Virus record (IMG/VR): IMGVR_UViG_3300021426_000005
Reading direction: 5' to 3' (one strand)
DNA: 64,000 nucleotides
Origin: a virus
Taxonomy: Duplodnaviria > Caudoviricetes
Shown here: positions 9,258 through 19,290 of the stretch, piece after piece
Layout of the letters: each line of letters opens with the position of its first letter
How positions within the stretch are numbered: position 1 is the first letter of the stretch
Made by a program: the position numbers and the translations under genes
The notes under the pieces: model-generated
Databases searched by the model: none
The model's input: only the letters and a program-made list of their open reading frames with translations
What the model was told of the DNA's origin: nothing

Positions 9258-10796
9258 CTAATATACAAGGTTATTCAGGTCAGCATCGATGCCGTAAGCG
9301 GCAAAGAAAGCTACTTCATTAGAAATTGGAATTCCTATGTTCTTAGCGGCATTTATTGACTTTCCGTCAATATTCTCATTGGTACCACCGATAAGCACAC
9401 AATCTACAGAATTAGTGAATACGGATGTCACCTTAGCCGCATAGCTTGTAAGAATTTCAGCTATGTCCTTGTGGATAAAACTGCCAGTGATGTAAATAAG
9501 TTTATTCCGAAAAATAGGAGCACCGTCAAAACGCTTTTCAGATTCAACGATAGTAACATTTTCGGATTCCATTATAGTGATAAGTTCAGACACATTGAAT
9601 CCGTCCTCAAACCACAATATCAGCTTATCAACTTCTGGACCATGCAGATTGAGGTCAGATGTTATGAGACCAGGATTGTTGGCATAATATTTCACAGTTT
9701 CAGGATTAGATGCACAAGCCACTACGAAATCATGAATTGGTCTTGCATTTGGGAGAACTGAAACCGGTACAAGGGAGCGGATAATAGAAGATAATGAAGC
9801 TGTAATTTCAATACCACTAACTTTTTCTACAAGCAAAAAGTCTGATATAGAATTAAGTCTATCACCATACACTATATCTCGGATAGATGTTGAAGGCATA
9901 GGAAGATTAAGGACGGTCATAAAATGAATGATCTCCGGAATCAGCTTTGACCCACAATGTTTATTCTGACACTGAACAGTACCGTCCGTAGGTACATCAT
10001 AATACTTACCGCAGAACGGACATATCAAATGACTTTTATACTCAGACAGATCCCCAAATTTTGAATAAAAAATCTGGTGATGCTGATCCAGATATAGAAC
10101 AGTTCCGGCTGTCACACCGTACTTAGCTGCTTCGGTATAATGAAGATACATCTTGGAATCATTATCGGATAAAAGCACTTCGATCTTAACGTAGCCATTG
10201 TCATCTACATACTGTTTCTTCGACTTCACAATACACTGAGAAATACCCATACTACTTACTTCTATAGCTTCTCCACGGAAGATGACCATATCTGTAACTA
10301 TAGGGTTGAATGTAAATGTGGGATCACTCATCCACTGAGTAACCATGCTATCGGTTATAGCCGCTGGAACAAACCAACCAGGAAGTACATTGAACTTAGA
10401 AATCCTCAGATATTGACGAATATGCACATGACCGCTGAACCTCAAAGAAGTGCATTCAATGTTATATGCAAAGAAGTTAAAAGCATTAGGGTTGTCCAGA
10501 AAAGCTGATTCAAGATCAGATTCAATTGCACTTGGAAGTACACCGAATTTCTTGATCGTAGCATTGGTATACAGCACACCAATTACCCAGCTCGTCCCCT
10601 TCTGTAGAGAAATCCTTCCAGGTACTTTACCACTATCCAGCAGTTTGGTCATACAAGAAGCTGTAATATCTCTGCGGTTACTTGTGTTGCCAACAAATAC
10701 CTTTTCCAGATTTCCAGAGATATTGTACTGCAATGTCATGGGAAGTCCCAATGGTACCAGAGTAACAAAATCTCCAGGTTTAAGATTTTTGTTCAT
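9258..10796 (-). CDS. catalytically degenerate NAD-dependent DNA ligase homologue (adenylation-like, OB-like, Zn finger, BRCT)
   Basis: CPFCG..CQNKHC Zn finger, C-terminal BRCT (IYITGSF..KVTSVFTNSVDCVLIG..AAKNIGIPI); motif I KxDG reads VPLG; no Ia domain. Confidence 0.8.
   Translation of the reverse strand: MNKNLKPGDFVTLVPLGLPMTLQYNISGNLEKVFVGNTSNRRDITASCMTKLLDSGKVPGRISLQKGTSWVIGVLYTNATIKKFGVLPSAIESDLESAFLDNPNAFNFFAYNIECTSLRFSGHVHIRQYLRISKFNVLPGWFVPAAITDSMVTQWMSDPTFTFNPIVTDMVIFRGEAIEVSSMGISQCIVKSKKQYVDDNGYVKIEVLLSDNDSKMYLHYTEAAKYGVTAGTVLYLDQHHQIFYSKFGDLSEYKSHLICPFCGKYYDVPTDGTVQCQNKHCGSKLIPEIIHFMTVLNLPMPSTSIRDIVYGDRLNSISDFLLVEKVSGIEITASLSSIIRSLVPVSVLPNARPIHDFVVACASNPETVKYYANNPGLITSDLNLHGPEVDKLILWFEDGFNVSELITIMESENVTIVESEKRFDGAPIFRNKLIYITGSFIHKDIAEILTSYAAKVTSVFTNSVDCVLIGGTNENIDGKSINAAKNIGIPISNEVAFFAAYGIDADLNNLVY
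9262..9273 (-). promoter_or_regulatory. class II promoter word TAACCTTGTATA
   Basis: Upstream of portal start. Confidence 0.7.
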
Positions 10797-10812
10797 AGTA
10801 GATTTCCTCCAT

Positions 10813-12738
10813 TTATTTGAATTTATTATACATTAGAGAAAATGCACCGCCTAAGCTGCTTGGGCTTCCAGGGTTCATTTTCTTTGATAATCCATTTACA
10901 GCAGCAATAGCCGATACTTTTGCTTTGACCGGAACAGGAACACCAGGATTGAGTAAAATAGCATTCCAAACACTTCCTGCCACAGAATCACTCATATCCT
11001 TACTACCACCAACTTCATGATCACAGATACCTGTTCCTGGATCACGTTTTAGGTGAGTAAGTTCGGTTTCAAGCAATTCCACATGAAGTAGGTCTATACG
11101 TTGTTCAAGAATAGCGGATTTCAAAGCATCGTAGCCATCAGATGTGCGATCCAGTGATATTTTTGCAGTATTAAATCCCTGTGCTTCCAAAAGCTGTGCC
11201 ATATATTCGCTCTGAAATTGATCTCGGCTAACACATGAAATATTAAACTTGCAGACGTTTCTCAGCCAGCAGATGAATTGATTGATTTTCATATAGGATA
11301 TTTTGTCACCTCTCGGAGCTTGTACAGCAATTGAGAACACATGACTGAAAGTTGGGACTGAAATCACTTTTCCTTTAAGGTCAATGTCTTTTCGTCCAGA
11401 TATCACTATTCCAGAAATACCGGATCTATCAGTAGTAAGCGATAAGTCAAGATGAATAAACATCGGCATATGTATCAAGCGAGAATCCACACATTCAAGA
11501 TGAAAAAACTCTTCTATCGACAGCTTGTCCTGAGTACCAACTTCAATAATGTCTTTGTAAAATGGATTTTTACGTTCACCTATAGCCTGATCAAGTAAAT
11601 CCTGCGTAATGAAGCTGAAAGAACCTTGGACAGTAATTCCGGCTATATCCCTCAATGCAACATCAAAATCAGACAAAAACCTAGTTTTATTATCTTCTGG
11701 AACATCCAGCAGTCTATATCCAGAATTTCGTAATTCCTCAAGACCTTCGGGCGTATTCATTTCATCACTTACAACAAAACTGCGTAGATGTTTTCCACCT
11801 AAAGCAATCTTGAAGGTTTTACTAGAAGAATACTTAGACTTTGGCCATACTTCCCACTGAGGTTTATCAAACACATACATATGTTGATTCCCAGCTTCTC
11901 TTTGAGACCTAACATATTCTTCCATAAAGTCAGAATCTTCACGCTTAGAGCTGATGACATAGATTTTACCGAAAACTTCTCCATTCTTGACAAAAGTACC
12001 TGTAACACGGGCTACCAGTGTATCGTACTTCTCTTTCATGGTTTTCTTTGCTTTAAGTACGTCCTTAACGCCAGCGTTTCCAAAATTGACCTCATCGAAG
12101 ATAACACAGTATGTGGCTTTTCCTAACGCATGACTTGCAGCGGATCCATATACGATTTCTATTAGTCCACCCTCTGGGATGTATGCCGGATTGGTTTCAC
12201 TATCAGTAAAATGTCCATGGCGTGCAAACCACTTACTTGTCTGCAAGGTCGATATAAATTCCTTGTATGCGACACCCTTAGCAAGAGTTTCCGTAAGATT
12301 GAAAAAGAAAAATGAAATTCGTGTAACTTTCTTCAAACCAAAGTATTCTTGGGGATTTCGCAAACACATTATCCTATATAGCTGGTATGCACCATCTGAG
12401 ACCGCCGTACTGGTTTTTCCTGTTCTTGTAGCACCAGTAAAAACTATCTCATAATACTGATTTCCAGTTTGTTCTAGCTCCTTCATAACATCAAGCCACA
12501 CTGGATATATAGATCTACCACAGTCATTGGAAGCACCTAAGAATTCTTCAGAAGTCAGAAATGTTTCCTTATCAACCGGAATTTCCTTATAATCAGCAAG
12601 CCATACATCTTCATAGGTTTTGGAATAGCCGGTTTCCGCAAGCTCTTTTAGTATAGTTCTAAGAACTTTCTGTTCATCCGGGGTACAGGTAGAGTATATG
12701 GCTTTAATTCGCTCAGGAATAGAATTGATATCTGTCAT
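10813..12738 (-). CDS. terL: terminase large subunit
   Basis: Walker A GATRTGKT, Walker B VIFDE, RNase H-like HLDLS..D, DQFQS, DH..GSKDMSDSVAG. Confidence 0.92.
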   Translation of the reverse strand: MTDINSIPERIKAIYSTCTPDEQKVLRTILKELAETGYSKTYEDVWLADYKEIPVDKETFLTSEEFLGASNDCGRSIYPVWLDVMKELEQTGNQYYEIVFTGATRTGKTSTAVSDGAYQLYRIMCLRNPQEYFGLKKVTRISFFFFNLTETLAKGVAYKEFISTLQTSKWFARHGHFTDSETNPAYIPEGGLIEIVYGSAASHALGKATYCVIFDEVNFGNAGVKDVLKAKKTMKEKYDTLVARVTGTFVKNGEVFGKIYVISSKREDSDFMEEYVRSQREAGNQHMYVFDKPQWEVWPKSKYSSSKTFKIALGGKHLRSFVVSDEMNTPEGLEELRNSGYRLLDVPEDNKTRFLSDFDVALRDIAGITVQGSFSFITQDLLDQAIGERKNPFYKDIIEVGTQDKLSIEEFFHLECVDSRLIHMPMFIHLDLSLTTDRSGISGIVISGRKDIDLKGKVISVPTFSHVFSIAVQAPRGDKISYMKINQFICWLRNVCKFNISCVSRDQFQSEYMAQLLEAQGFNTAKISLDRTSDGYDALKSAILEQRIDLLHVELLETELTHLKRDPGTGICDHEVGGSKDMSDSVAGSVWNAILLNPGVPVPVKAKVSAIAAVNGLSKKMNPGSPSSLGGAFSLMYNKFK

Positions 12739-13247
12739 TCAACATCACCCAATGCTTCAAGTACCGCCTGAGCTGTAGATCTAACCTTATCCCGGCTTTC
12801 AGAAGTCAGTAACTTAGAAGAAATCGAAGAATCTATAGTAGTGGCAGTAGAATCTACAAGGTCCACTACATTGAAACCTTGAAGATCTAGATATGGCTGA
12901 AGCAGTTTATGGGACTCAATCATGGCTTTCTGTAGCTTTTCCTGAATCCCTATCAACAAAGTAAGGGTATTCACATCACCAACATTCGCATTATCAATCT
13001 GATATTCAATGGAAGCATAGAGCTTATCTTCCAGCTTATCCATTAACTCAGTATATTTGATAATTCTAGTTAGCTGATGGTATACCCTCATTACAGTAAT
13101 ATTCTGAATGGCTCTTAGTGTAGGAATCCCATTTTCATCTGTGCATGACAATAAAGAGGTACGCATTTTTGCAACATCCTCTTTTTGCTTTGCTATCATA
13201 GGATCGACCATGACTTCTGCTGAGTTATCGAGGGTTTCAATGCTCAT
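12735..13247 (-). CDS. putative terminase small subunit
   Basis: Helical 170 aa ORF overlapping terL start; positional inference. Confidence 0.45.
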   Translation of the reverse strand: MSIETLDNSAEVMVDPMIAKQKEDVAKMRTSLLSCTDENGIPTLRAIQNITVMRVYHQLTRIIKYTELMDKLEDKLYASIEYQIDNANVGDVNTLTLLIGIQEKLQKAMIESHKLLQPYLDLQGFNVVDLVDSTATTIDSSISSKLLTSESRDKVRSTAQAVLEALGDVE

Positions 13248-13261
13248 TCAAAATCAGTCCT

Positions 13262-13474
13262 TTACTTTAGATCAAACATCACAACACCAAGGTTGGCAAT
13301 AGCTTCCTTAACTACAGGATCGCCATCTAAGGCTTCCTGACCAAGAGAACTAATAGCACACTTGATGTATTCTATAGCTTCATCTCTGTTCTTAGCCGCA
13401 TGAATTGACTTCTTCATGGGTCTTTTGTTGCTCTTTATAGGCTGATTACCATTCTTAGAAATTTTCATATTCAC
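13262..13474 (-). CDS. hypothetical protein with basic N-terminus
   Basis: Coupled ORF in late operon. Confidence 0.65.
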   Translation of the reverse strand: MNMKISKNGNQPIKSNKRPMKKSIHAAKNRDEAIEYIKCAISSLGQEALDGDPVVKEAIANLGVVMFDLK

Positions 13475-13776
13475 AGTTCTACGACCTCCTTAAATGTTTC
13501 AAGATTTGCATAAATGGAATCGATTTCCTCTATAGCTTCATCGAAGGTTTCAAAAGCTCTGCGCAAATCATCATCTTCTGTATAAGCATCGGTATTCGAT
13601 ATTTCGGATCTCAATTTATCAAAAGCATGAGTTACTTCTGATAAATCTGGAAACCTCTGATATACTGCAATCTCAAAATCTGCAAGTAGCTCAACTGTTG
13701 TGTAATCCCAAATATATAGCCGCATCTGGGTATATATCTTTACATACAGATTCTGCAATTCTGTTGCTGAAGTCAA
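13471..13776 (-). CDS. hypothetical protein
   Basis: Coupled ORF. Confidence 0.65.
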   Translation of the reverse strand: MTSATELQNLYVKIYTQMRLYIWDYTTVELLADFEIAVYQRFPDLSEVTHAFDKLRSEISNTDAYTEDDDLRRAFETFDEAIEEIDSIYANLETFKEVVEL

Positions 13777-13985
13777 CTCTTCATCACCCTTTCCAATGTG
13801 TTGTATATCAACTGCTGATATGCAGTTAGTCCTACCTGATTATATTTAATCAAATTATGAAGCTCACGCTCTATATTTCTGTCCTGTACATCAAAAGTAT
13901 ATGATAGAAAATAATCATCGAACGGTGGCAATATCGCCATACTATCTATACACTTACAAATGTTATTTAGCATTGTAAACCTCAC
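13773..13985 (-). CDS. hypothetical protein
   Basis: Coupled ORF. Confidence 0.55.
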   Translation of the reverse strand: MRFTMLNNICKCIDSMAILPPFDDYFLSYTFDVQDRNIERELHNLIKYNQVGLTAYQQLIYNTLERVMKS

Positions 13986-14295
13986 GAATTTTAGCCACTA
14001 TACCTTCAATCTTTTCAGATATCAGATAAGGCTCACATGATTTAGTTAGCTCCACATGATAGAAATACTTTAGTGCATCAATAGAATCGGACAATTCTTC
14101 CAATGTTGGAATGTGAATAGACTCACCGCCAGCATATTTACAGAGCTTTATTAGAGATTCATAACCGACAATAGAAAACAATTCCGGAAGCCAAGCGAAT
14201 TCTGAAACTTCAAACAATGGCGGAAGTAAACTCAGCAAGTAATGAAAGTCTAGTTCCTCTGATACCGGCAGCTTAGATTTCATCTTCATCACCAA
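13963..14295 (-). CDS. hypothetical protein, Mor-like segment
   Basis: IVGYESLIKLCKYAGGESIHIP resembles the Mor-family IGxxxxxKLxxxFGGxxIYIP motif. Confidence 0.55.
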   Translation of the reverse strand: MVMKMKSKLPVSEELDFHYLLSLLPPLFEVSEFAWLPELFSIVGYESLIKLCKYAGGESIHIPTLEELSDSIDALKYFYHVELTKSCEPYLISEKIEGIVAKIREVYNAK

Positions 14296-15025
14296 CTACT
14301 GTAGCAGTATCATTAAGAGCTAAGGTAAATACCATAGCATTATCAGTTCTCGCTAAACGGTTGAACAGCAGATAGTTATATCCAGCAGCATTCAGAAGAT
14401 CAATTACTGTAGGCATTACATTATTCAGATTGATTGAATCATTATAATATAGCCACAATTCATCATCTTTAACAGCTGCCCGGATTACACCAGCGGTAGA
14501 CGATCTTGCATTTAGGGTCCCCTTTAGTTCACCAGCAAGCTGATCTATTGACGCATGAACTCCGGCACAAGGATTTACAGATGTGGTTTCTGCGACAATT
14601 CTCTTCTTAGCTTTAGGCTTAGTAGACGAATTAGGTGTGGTCTCATCCGCAGTACCAGAAGTAGAGTCATCGTCCCAATCATCATCAGGGTTAGTTGCAT
14701 CGAAGTCAGCTTCACCTTCAGCATCTAAGTCATCACCGAAACGCTCAGACAGTTTTCCGCCACCAGAGGGAACACTACGAATAGGTGAAGGTCTATCCAC
14801 ATCCGATGTAGGTTTTGACTCGGTAGTTTCTGTAGGTTCAACGTCCGAATCATCAGAATCAGCAGGATCGATCAGCGGTTTATATTCATCACCTATATAC
14901 TCGTCAAGCTGCTGGACTAATTCAAGATTAATAGGATCAGACATGGCAGCAAGAATCTTCTTCTTGCGTGAACTTGCTTTGTACAGCTTAGAAGCAGTAA
15001 TTCTGTTTATACAACGTATTGCCAT
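14273..15025 (-). CDS. hypothetical protein with acidic low-complexity linker (possible head/scaffold protein)
   Basis: D/S/T-rich centre; late operon. Confidence 0.7.
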   Translation of the reverse strand: MAIRCINRITASKLYKASSRKKKILAAMSDPINLELVQQLDEYIGDEYKPLIDPADSDDSDVEPTETTESKPTSDVDRPSPIRSVPSGGGKLSERFGDDLDAEGEADFDATNPDDDWDDDSTSGTADETTPNSSTKPKAKKRIVAETTSVNPCAGVHASIDQLAGELKGTLNARSSTAGVIRAAVKDDELWLYYNDSINLNNVMPTVIDLLNAAGYNYLLFNRLARTDNAMVFTLALNDTATVVGDEDEI

Positions 15026-15038
15026 TTTAAGGTCCTCC

Positions 15039-15440
15039 TTAGTGATCTTTCATGTATATGTATGGGCGCTCAGGTGTATTTGTCTGAACCTGATACCCAA
15101 AATATAAGCAGAAGTCATTATCCAGCTTTGAATTGCTAAATGTCAACTTGTACAGATGAAATCCAGCAGATGTATTTAGTATGCTTGTATCAACCTTATA
15201 CCAAATTCTATTGGTATCCTGAAATATGTAATCAGAATAATCTATAGCTTCCACATCCATAGTTACTTCTGAAAAGTCAGACAGTGTAAGTCCTACTGAT
15301 AGTCCGGCAGGCAGTTTCAGCCAGATAGCATCTTCAATCTCATTGAGGTTTAGCACCCGGATATTAGCTGTAGCATCACTATATGACACTAAATCAAAGT
15401 GGTTAGGGTAATTTTTATCAAACAAAATAATCACTTCCAT
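15039..15440 (-). CDS. hypothetical protein
   Basis: First gene after class II promoter word. Confidence 0.7.
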   Translation of the reverse strand: MEVIILFDKNYPNHFDLVSYSDATANIRVLNLNEIEDAIWLKLPAGLSVGLTLSDFSEVTMDVEAIDYSDYIFQDTNRIWYKVDTSILNTSAGFHLYKLTFSNSKLDNDFCLYFGYQVQTNTPERPYIYMKDH

Positions 15441-15453
15441 ACTACTTTAATAA

Positions 15454-15465
15454 TATAAAAGGTTA
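15454..15465 (-). promoter_or_regulatory. class II promoter word TAACCTTTTATA (packaging operon)
   Basis: Abuts terminator hairpin, heads the operon containing terL. Confidence 0.75.
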
Positions 15466-15494
15466 GCGGTGCAACTATTACAATTGCACCGCTA
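15464..15494 (-). terminator. terminator ending replication operon
   Basis: TAGCGGTGCAA/TTGCACCGCTA perfect 11-bp stem. Confidence 0.8.
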
Positions 15495-15499
15495 TGTTA

Positions 15500-16627
15500 T
15501 TATATTTCGATTGACAGCCCATTCACATCAACCTGTGCATCATCTGTACTTAGCTTAATCGCTCTCTGACCATCTTCAATTGCTGTCCTAATCTTTTCGA
15601 TACCAACGGCAGGGCTGAATGATACAGAATATTCAGAAGTTTGCAGTTTGATCTTATTGTCGATAAGGTTTAACAAATGTAAATCTGAATCAAATGTTAT
15701 CCCATATATCGTCTTAAATCTTGCGATTTTTTCCGGATCACATTTTGTGGATGCCAACAATTCGGCTATAGCATCGGCATCGATCATCACAGGCTTGGTA
15801 TCATCTTTGAACGTATCGTACATATCACTGAGCATATCATTAAGTATATACAGCAGGGAGAAATCAAGATCTTCACCGAAAGCATTCTTGAGAGTCTGCT
15901 TAAATAACTCTGTTTCGGTTACGGAACTGAGCTGCGGTTTGCAACCTAATACGTTTTCGATGAATGATAAATTGGGGCTATCCGGCTTGCTAAGATAATA
16001 TATGACTGAATTTACGTCTGCACTTCTATCATTGAAAGCTGGAAACATAAAACCGTCCGTAGGAGTAGGCTTTACATATAAGTGATTCTCTGTGCTGGTA
16101 GACAGCTGATTTGTACTGAAGTCAAATGCAAATCCAGAATCGATGAACACCACCGGACATATAGCACACACCACAAAGTTATAGTCTTCTCTCCGATATT
16201 TTTCATCAGAACCAGCCGCATTGCGATAAGCGACACTATATGTGAAGTGACCCATTACGACTGCATACGGTCCGGTATAGGATAAATTGTCGGAGATATG
16301 TTCAACATATTCATTGATGATATGATCGGTATTGAAGTTGTCTGTCAGCAAACTATACAGTTTCGACTGTTCGCCACCAGCTTCATAGGCTTCATTCGGG
16401 AAATCATATTCTACAAACTTCTTGCAGAGCTTTGTCGAAATGATCTGACGAAAAATCTTATAATACATATCAAGCTCACGATCCGTAAGCAAAGCAGCCG
16501 AACGATTCTGAGTTGTGCGGATATTTGCTTCAGCATCGACCACAGAAAAGACTACACGATTGAGTACGCAGTAAGGACTATCCACCTTACACACTCTACG
16601 AATTTCTGTAACTTCTTTTTTATTCAT
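15500..16627 (-). CDS. DUF4317-family protein
   Basis: MNKKEVxEIRR start, ICPV, GFMFPAFNDRSADVN motif of clostridial DUF4317. Confidence 0.8.
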   Translation of the reverse strand: MNKKEVTEIRRVCKVDSPYCVLNRVVFSVVDAEANIRTTQNRSAALLTDRELDMYYKIFRQIISTKLCKKFVEYDFPNEAYEAGGEQSKLYSLLTDNFNTDHIINEYVEHISDNLSYTGPYAVVMGHFTYSVAYRNAAGSDEKYRREDYNFVVCAICPVVFIDSGFAFDFSTNQLSTSTENHLYVKPTPTDGFMFPAFNDRSADVNSVIYYLSKPDSPNLSFIENVLGCKPQLSSVTETELFKQTLKNAFGEDLDFSLLYILNDMLSDMYDTFKDDTKPVMIDADAIAELLASTKCDPEKIARFKTIYGITFDSDLHLLNLIDNKIKLQTSEYSVSFSPAVGIEKIRTAIEDGQRAIKLSTDDAQVDVNGLSIEI

Positions 16628-16629
16628 AT

Positions 16630-17043
16630 TTATTTTCCTCCACTGAAATGGTCAAAGTCCTCTGAATTAGCGTTACCACCATTGATCATGAAATGTGTGT
16701 GTGCGAAATTTAGCTCTTCCAGATGTTCTATAGGTCTCGAAGTAGCATCATATCGAATATGTATGCCTACCGGTAAATAATACGCATCTGTAGGACTTAG
16801 CTGATTATCTGTATACCGTGACCCTATGATTGTTATATCACGACTAAGCAGAAATCTAATGACCTGATTAAAGCCTTCACTTATCTGAGACACATCATCC
16901 GCACAGATTGATGTATCTGAATCGGAATACAAATTGGTACCTTGTGAAATAGTACCTGAATCTATGGACATATCCCCGTCCAACACAGATTCAATCATGT
17001 GAAACAATATCTGCTTCACCTGAATCTTAACATAATCTTTCAT
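16630..17043 (-). CDS. hypothetical protein
   Basis: Coupled ORF. Confidence 0.65.
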   Translation of the reverse strand: MKDYVKIQVKQILFHMIESVLDGDMSIDSGTISQGTNLYSDSDTSICADDVSQISEGFNQVIRFLLSRDITIIGSRYTDNQLSPTDAYYLPVGIHIRYDATSRPIEHLEELNFAHTHFMINGGNANSEDFDHFSGGK

Positions 17044-17047
17044 GCTA

Positions 17048-17821
17048 TCACGCTCCGTACTTTATAGTCATCAGCAGTTTACTTAATGCCGCATGGTCTG
17101 AAACCCGACTATATGTCATATCATCAAGGCAATTGATACACGGAATAGCCCACCCCGCATGATTAGCCATCATGTACCTAATCACAATCGGTAATGGAGT
17201 AGGTGTTGAATCTGGATACTTTTGTAGCTTCCATACTATAGATGATATCGGATCTTTCAGAGTAATGAATGACATAATTGAAGATAGGTAGTTGAGCTTA
17301 TCTATACTTAAAGAAACCATCAGATCTACATCAGCAAATGATTTCAGGCAGGAACTAAACTTCTGTTCAATCATTCCCGCATTGGGACAATTCGTACTTC
17401 TGAGGTATGATAAAATATCTGAAGTCAACATTGGTGGAACTGATATTCTTATAGATCTGCTGAGTATCGTATCCGGTATCTGACGTATGTTTCTACAAGT
17501 AATCACCACATAAACGTTTTCTGGTGGCTCTTCCAGAAACTTCAACATAGCATATGCTACTCCAACAACACCGCAGTCTAAGTTTTCTATACTCAGCACC
17601 ACATCATTATCCACGCTGTAACAATTATCAATGGCTTCTTTTACGGCATCAACTTTAGGTTCTATAGATAAAAACGCTTCGACCCCCAGCTTGCTTGCAA
17701 AATATCTGGAAAGATAGGATTTACCTACGCCCTGACTACCATCAATTAGTATTGAATGGCTTCTCGTTCTTGCAAGTTCATCCAGAGCTTCTATTGCCGA
17801 TCCCTGATTAATAAGATTCAT
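17048..17821 (-). CDS. holB: clamp loader delta-prime-like subunit
   Basis: GSQGVGKS, AMLKFLEEPP, IPDTILSR. Confidence 0.8.
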   Translation of the reverse strand: MNLINQGSAIEALDELARTRSHSILIDGSQGVGKSYLSRYFASKLGVEAFLSIEPKVDAVKEAIDNCYSVDNDVVLSIENLDCGVVGVAYAMLKFLEEPPENVYVVITCRNIRQIPDTILSRSIRISVPPMLTSDILSYLRSTNCPNAGMIEQKFSSCLKSFADVDLMVSLSIDKLNYLSSIMSFITLKDPISSIVWKLQKYPDSTPTPLPIVIRYMMANHAGWAIPCINCLDDMTYSRVSDHAALSKLLMTIKYGA

Positions 17822-18738
17822 TACACCACCCCTAATGCCGGTATCGGTGCATACTGCATTAATGAAAACAGATACACCAACCGATCATAAACGTTGTAAC
17901 CTGTCAGATTTCTGGATTTCTGTAAATCTGCATATATGTGATTGAACATATTGTGTACAGAAGATATATCCCAATCCGATACATACCGACTTAAATCACT
18001 TTTCTGCTTAGAAGATAGAAGTTTTTCCAAATCTAACAGCGTAGACAACATCACATAGAATATAGATTCTTTACTACCGGTATAGTTATCAAGTATGTGA
18101 ATGCAGCTACTATAATTCTTTGCAGCGAAAGCATATCTGAGTTGCTTGTCTACATCTGGCTTGATTGTACCAAACGATTGACCTATCATAGCATCGGTAA
18201 TTCGACTGATCGTCTGTCCGTCCTGAATGTAACTGATAAGCTGACAGATATTATATGCTGACATATAGCTATCCGTAAACTTAACTGCGGAATCTATAAT
18301 ACCATCTGGAAGATCGGGATAATCATTCCTAAGATACTTCCGTATGTAATCCTGACTGATAGTGTCGAAGGGTACAGTGTATTCAGGAAACTGCTTCTCA
18401 CACTTCTTAGCCGCTTTATCGGACTCATATATACAAACAACAGTCCCGATAATCTTCAGTTTCTTTATATCATCGACAGATATACCAGAAGTAAGAAAAC
18501 TATCATCATATCGAACTATATAGAGCTGTGGGGTAAGCGGAGGAAAATGCTTTGTTCGCATAATACTCATGACCTCAGCCATTGTGTCAAATTCTGTGCA
18601 TTTACCATAGTATCGGAAAAGATGTGCTAAATACTTGTACTTAACACCATATTCATTACCTATGAATATGTAAAACGGTCCCGGATTATCAGTAAGAATC
18701 TGAGATCCGGCGGTCTGGATACTAAGCACAGCAGTCAA
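17821..18738 (-). CDS. holA: clamp loader delta-like subunit
   Basis: PFYIFIGNEYG N-terminus typical of delta; 305 aa; adjacent to holB. Confidence 0.65.
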   Translation of the reverse strand: MTAVLSIQTAGSQILTDNPGPFYIFIGNEYGVKYKYLAHLFRYYGKCTEFDTMAEVMSIMRTKHFPPLTPQLYIVRYDDSFLTSGISVDDIKKLKIIGTVVCIYESDKAAKKCEKQFPEYTVPFDTISQDYIRKYLRNDYPDLPDGIIDSAVKFTDSYMSAYNICQLISYIQDGQTISRITDAMIGQSFGTIKPDVDKQLRYAFAAKNYSSCIHILDNYTGSKESIFYVMLSTLLDLEKLLSSKQKSDLSRYVSDWDISSVHNMFNHIYADLQKSRNLTGYNVYDRLVYLFSLMQYAPIPALGVV

Positions 18739-19013
18739 CTCCTATCTTCATAATAATCATCCTCTTCATAATCATCCTCTTCAGCAGAATCTGAGCTATC
18801 GAGTAGATGATATATGTGTAATGGGATACAAATTATCTGAAAAGCAACCCACAAAGGGAGCAGTATAGGATAAAACCAAGCAATGCCTACTATATCTTCA
18901 TCTTCCAAATCTAACTTGTGACACACTACTGTTGTAATACATACACCAAGTAGATATATGAAAACAACAATTCCTACAAGTACCGGCTTACTCAAATTAT
19001 CAATTCCAAGCAT
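18735..19013 (-). CDS. small two-TM membrane protein with acidic tail
   Basis: Two hydrophobic segments. Confidence 0.65.
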   Translation of the reverse strand: MLGIDNLSKPVLVGIVVFIYLLGVCITTVVCHKLDLEDEDIVGIAWFYPILLPLWVAFQIICIPLHIYHLLDSSDSAEEDDYEEDDYYEDRS

Positions 19014-19290
19014 ATTTTTGCCTCATTTCACGAATTTTACGATCAGCTAGTCTTAAAATCTTCAAAGAAAGTGCATAAGGTAGAGTCTGCTGGGTACCGT
19101 CTGGATTAGAAAGTACATGAACACATTCGACATAAGTATCATCTGACCCATGATATATGCGAAGTTCTATGTGTCCAAAATGTTCTATCATAACATACAC
19201 TACACCATATTCATCTTCGGAAATCTTTGCATATCCATGAGATTTCAGTTTGTTATCAATAGAACTAAGCATCTTCTGACCGCCTATCAA
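19000..19290 (-). CDS. hypothetical protein
   Basis: Coupled ORF. Confidence 0.6.
   Translation of the reverse strand: MIGGQKMLSSIDNKLKSHGYAKISEDEYGVVYVMIEHFGHIELRIYHGSDDTYVECVHVLSNPDGTQQTLPYALSLKILRLADRKIREMRQKYAWN

Noticed and set aside
9258-10796. Calling the ligase homologue a pseudogene or functional ligA
   Set aside because: ORF is intact with RBS and conserved Zn/BRCT, yet lacks the catalytic lysine; neither label fits.
15192-15200. AACCTTATA on plus strand within a minus-strand gene
   Set aside because: Incomplete class II word (continues CC, not TA) with no gene downstream; likely chance.
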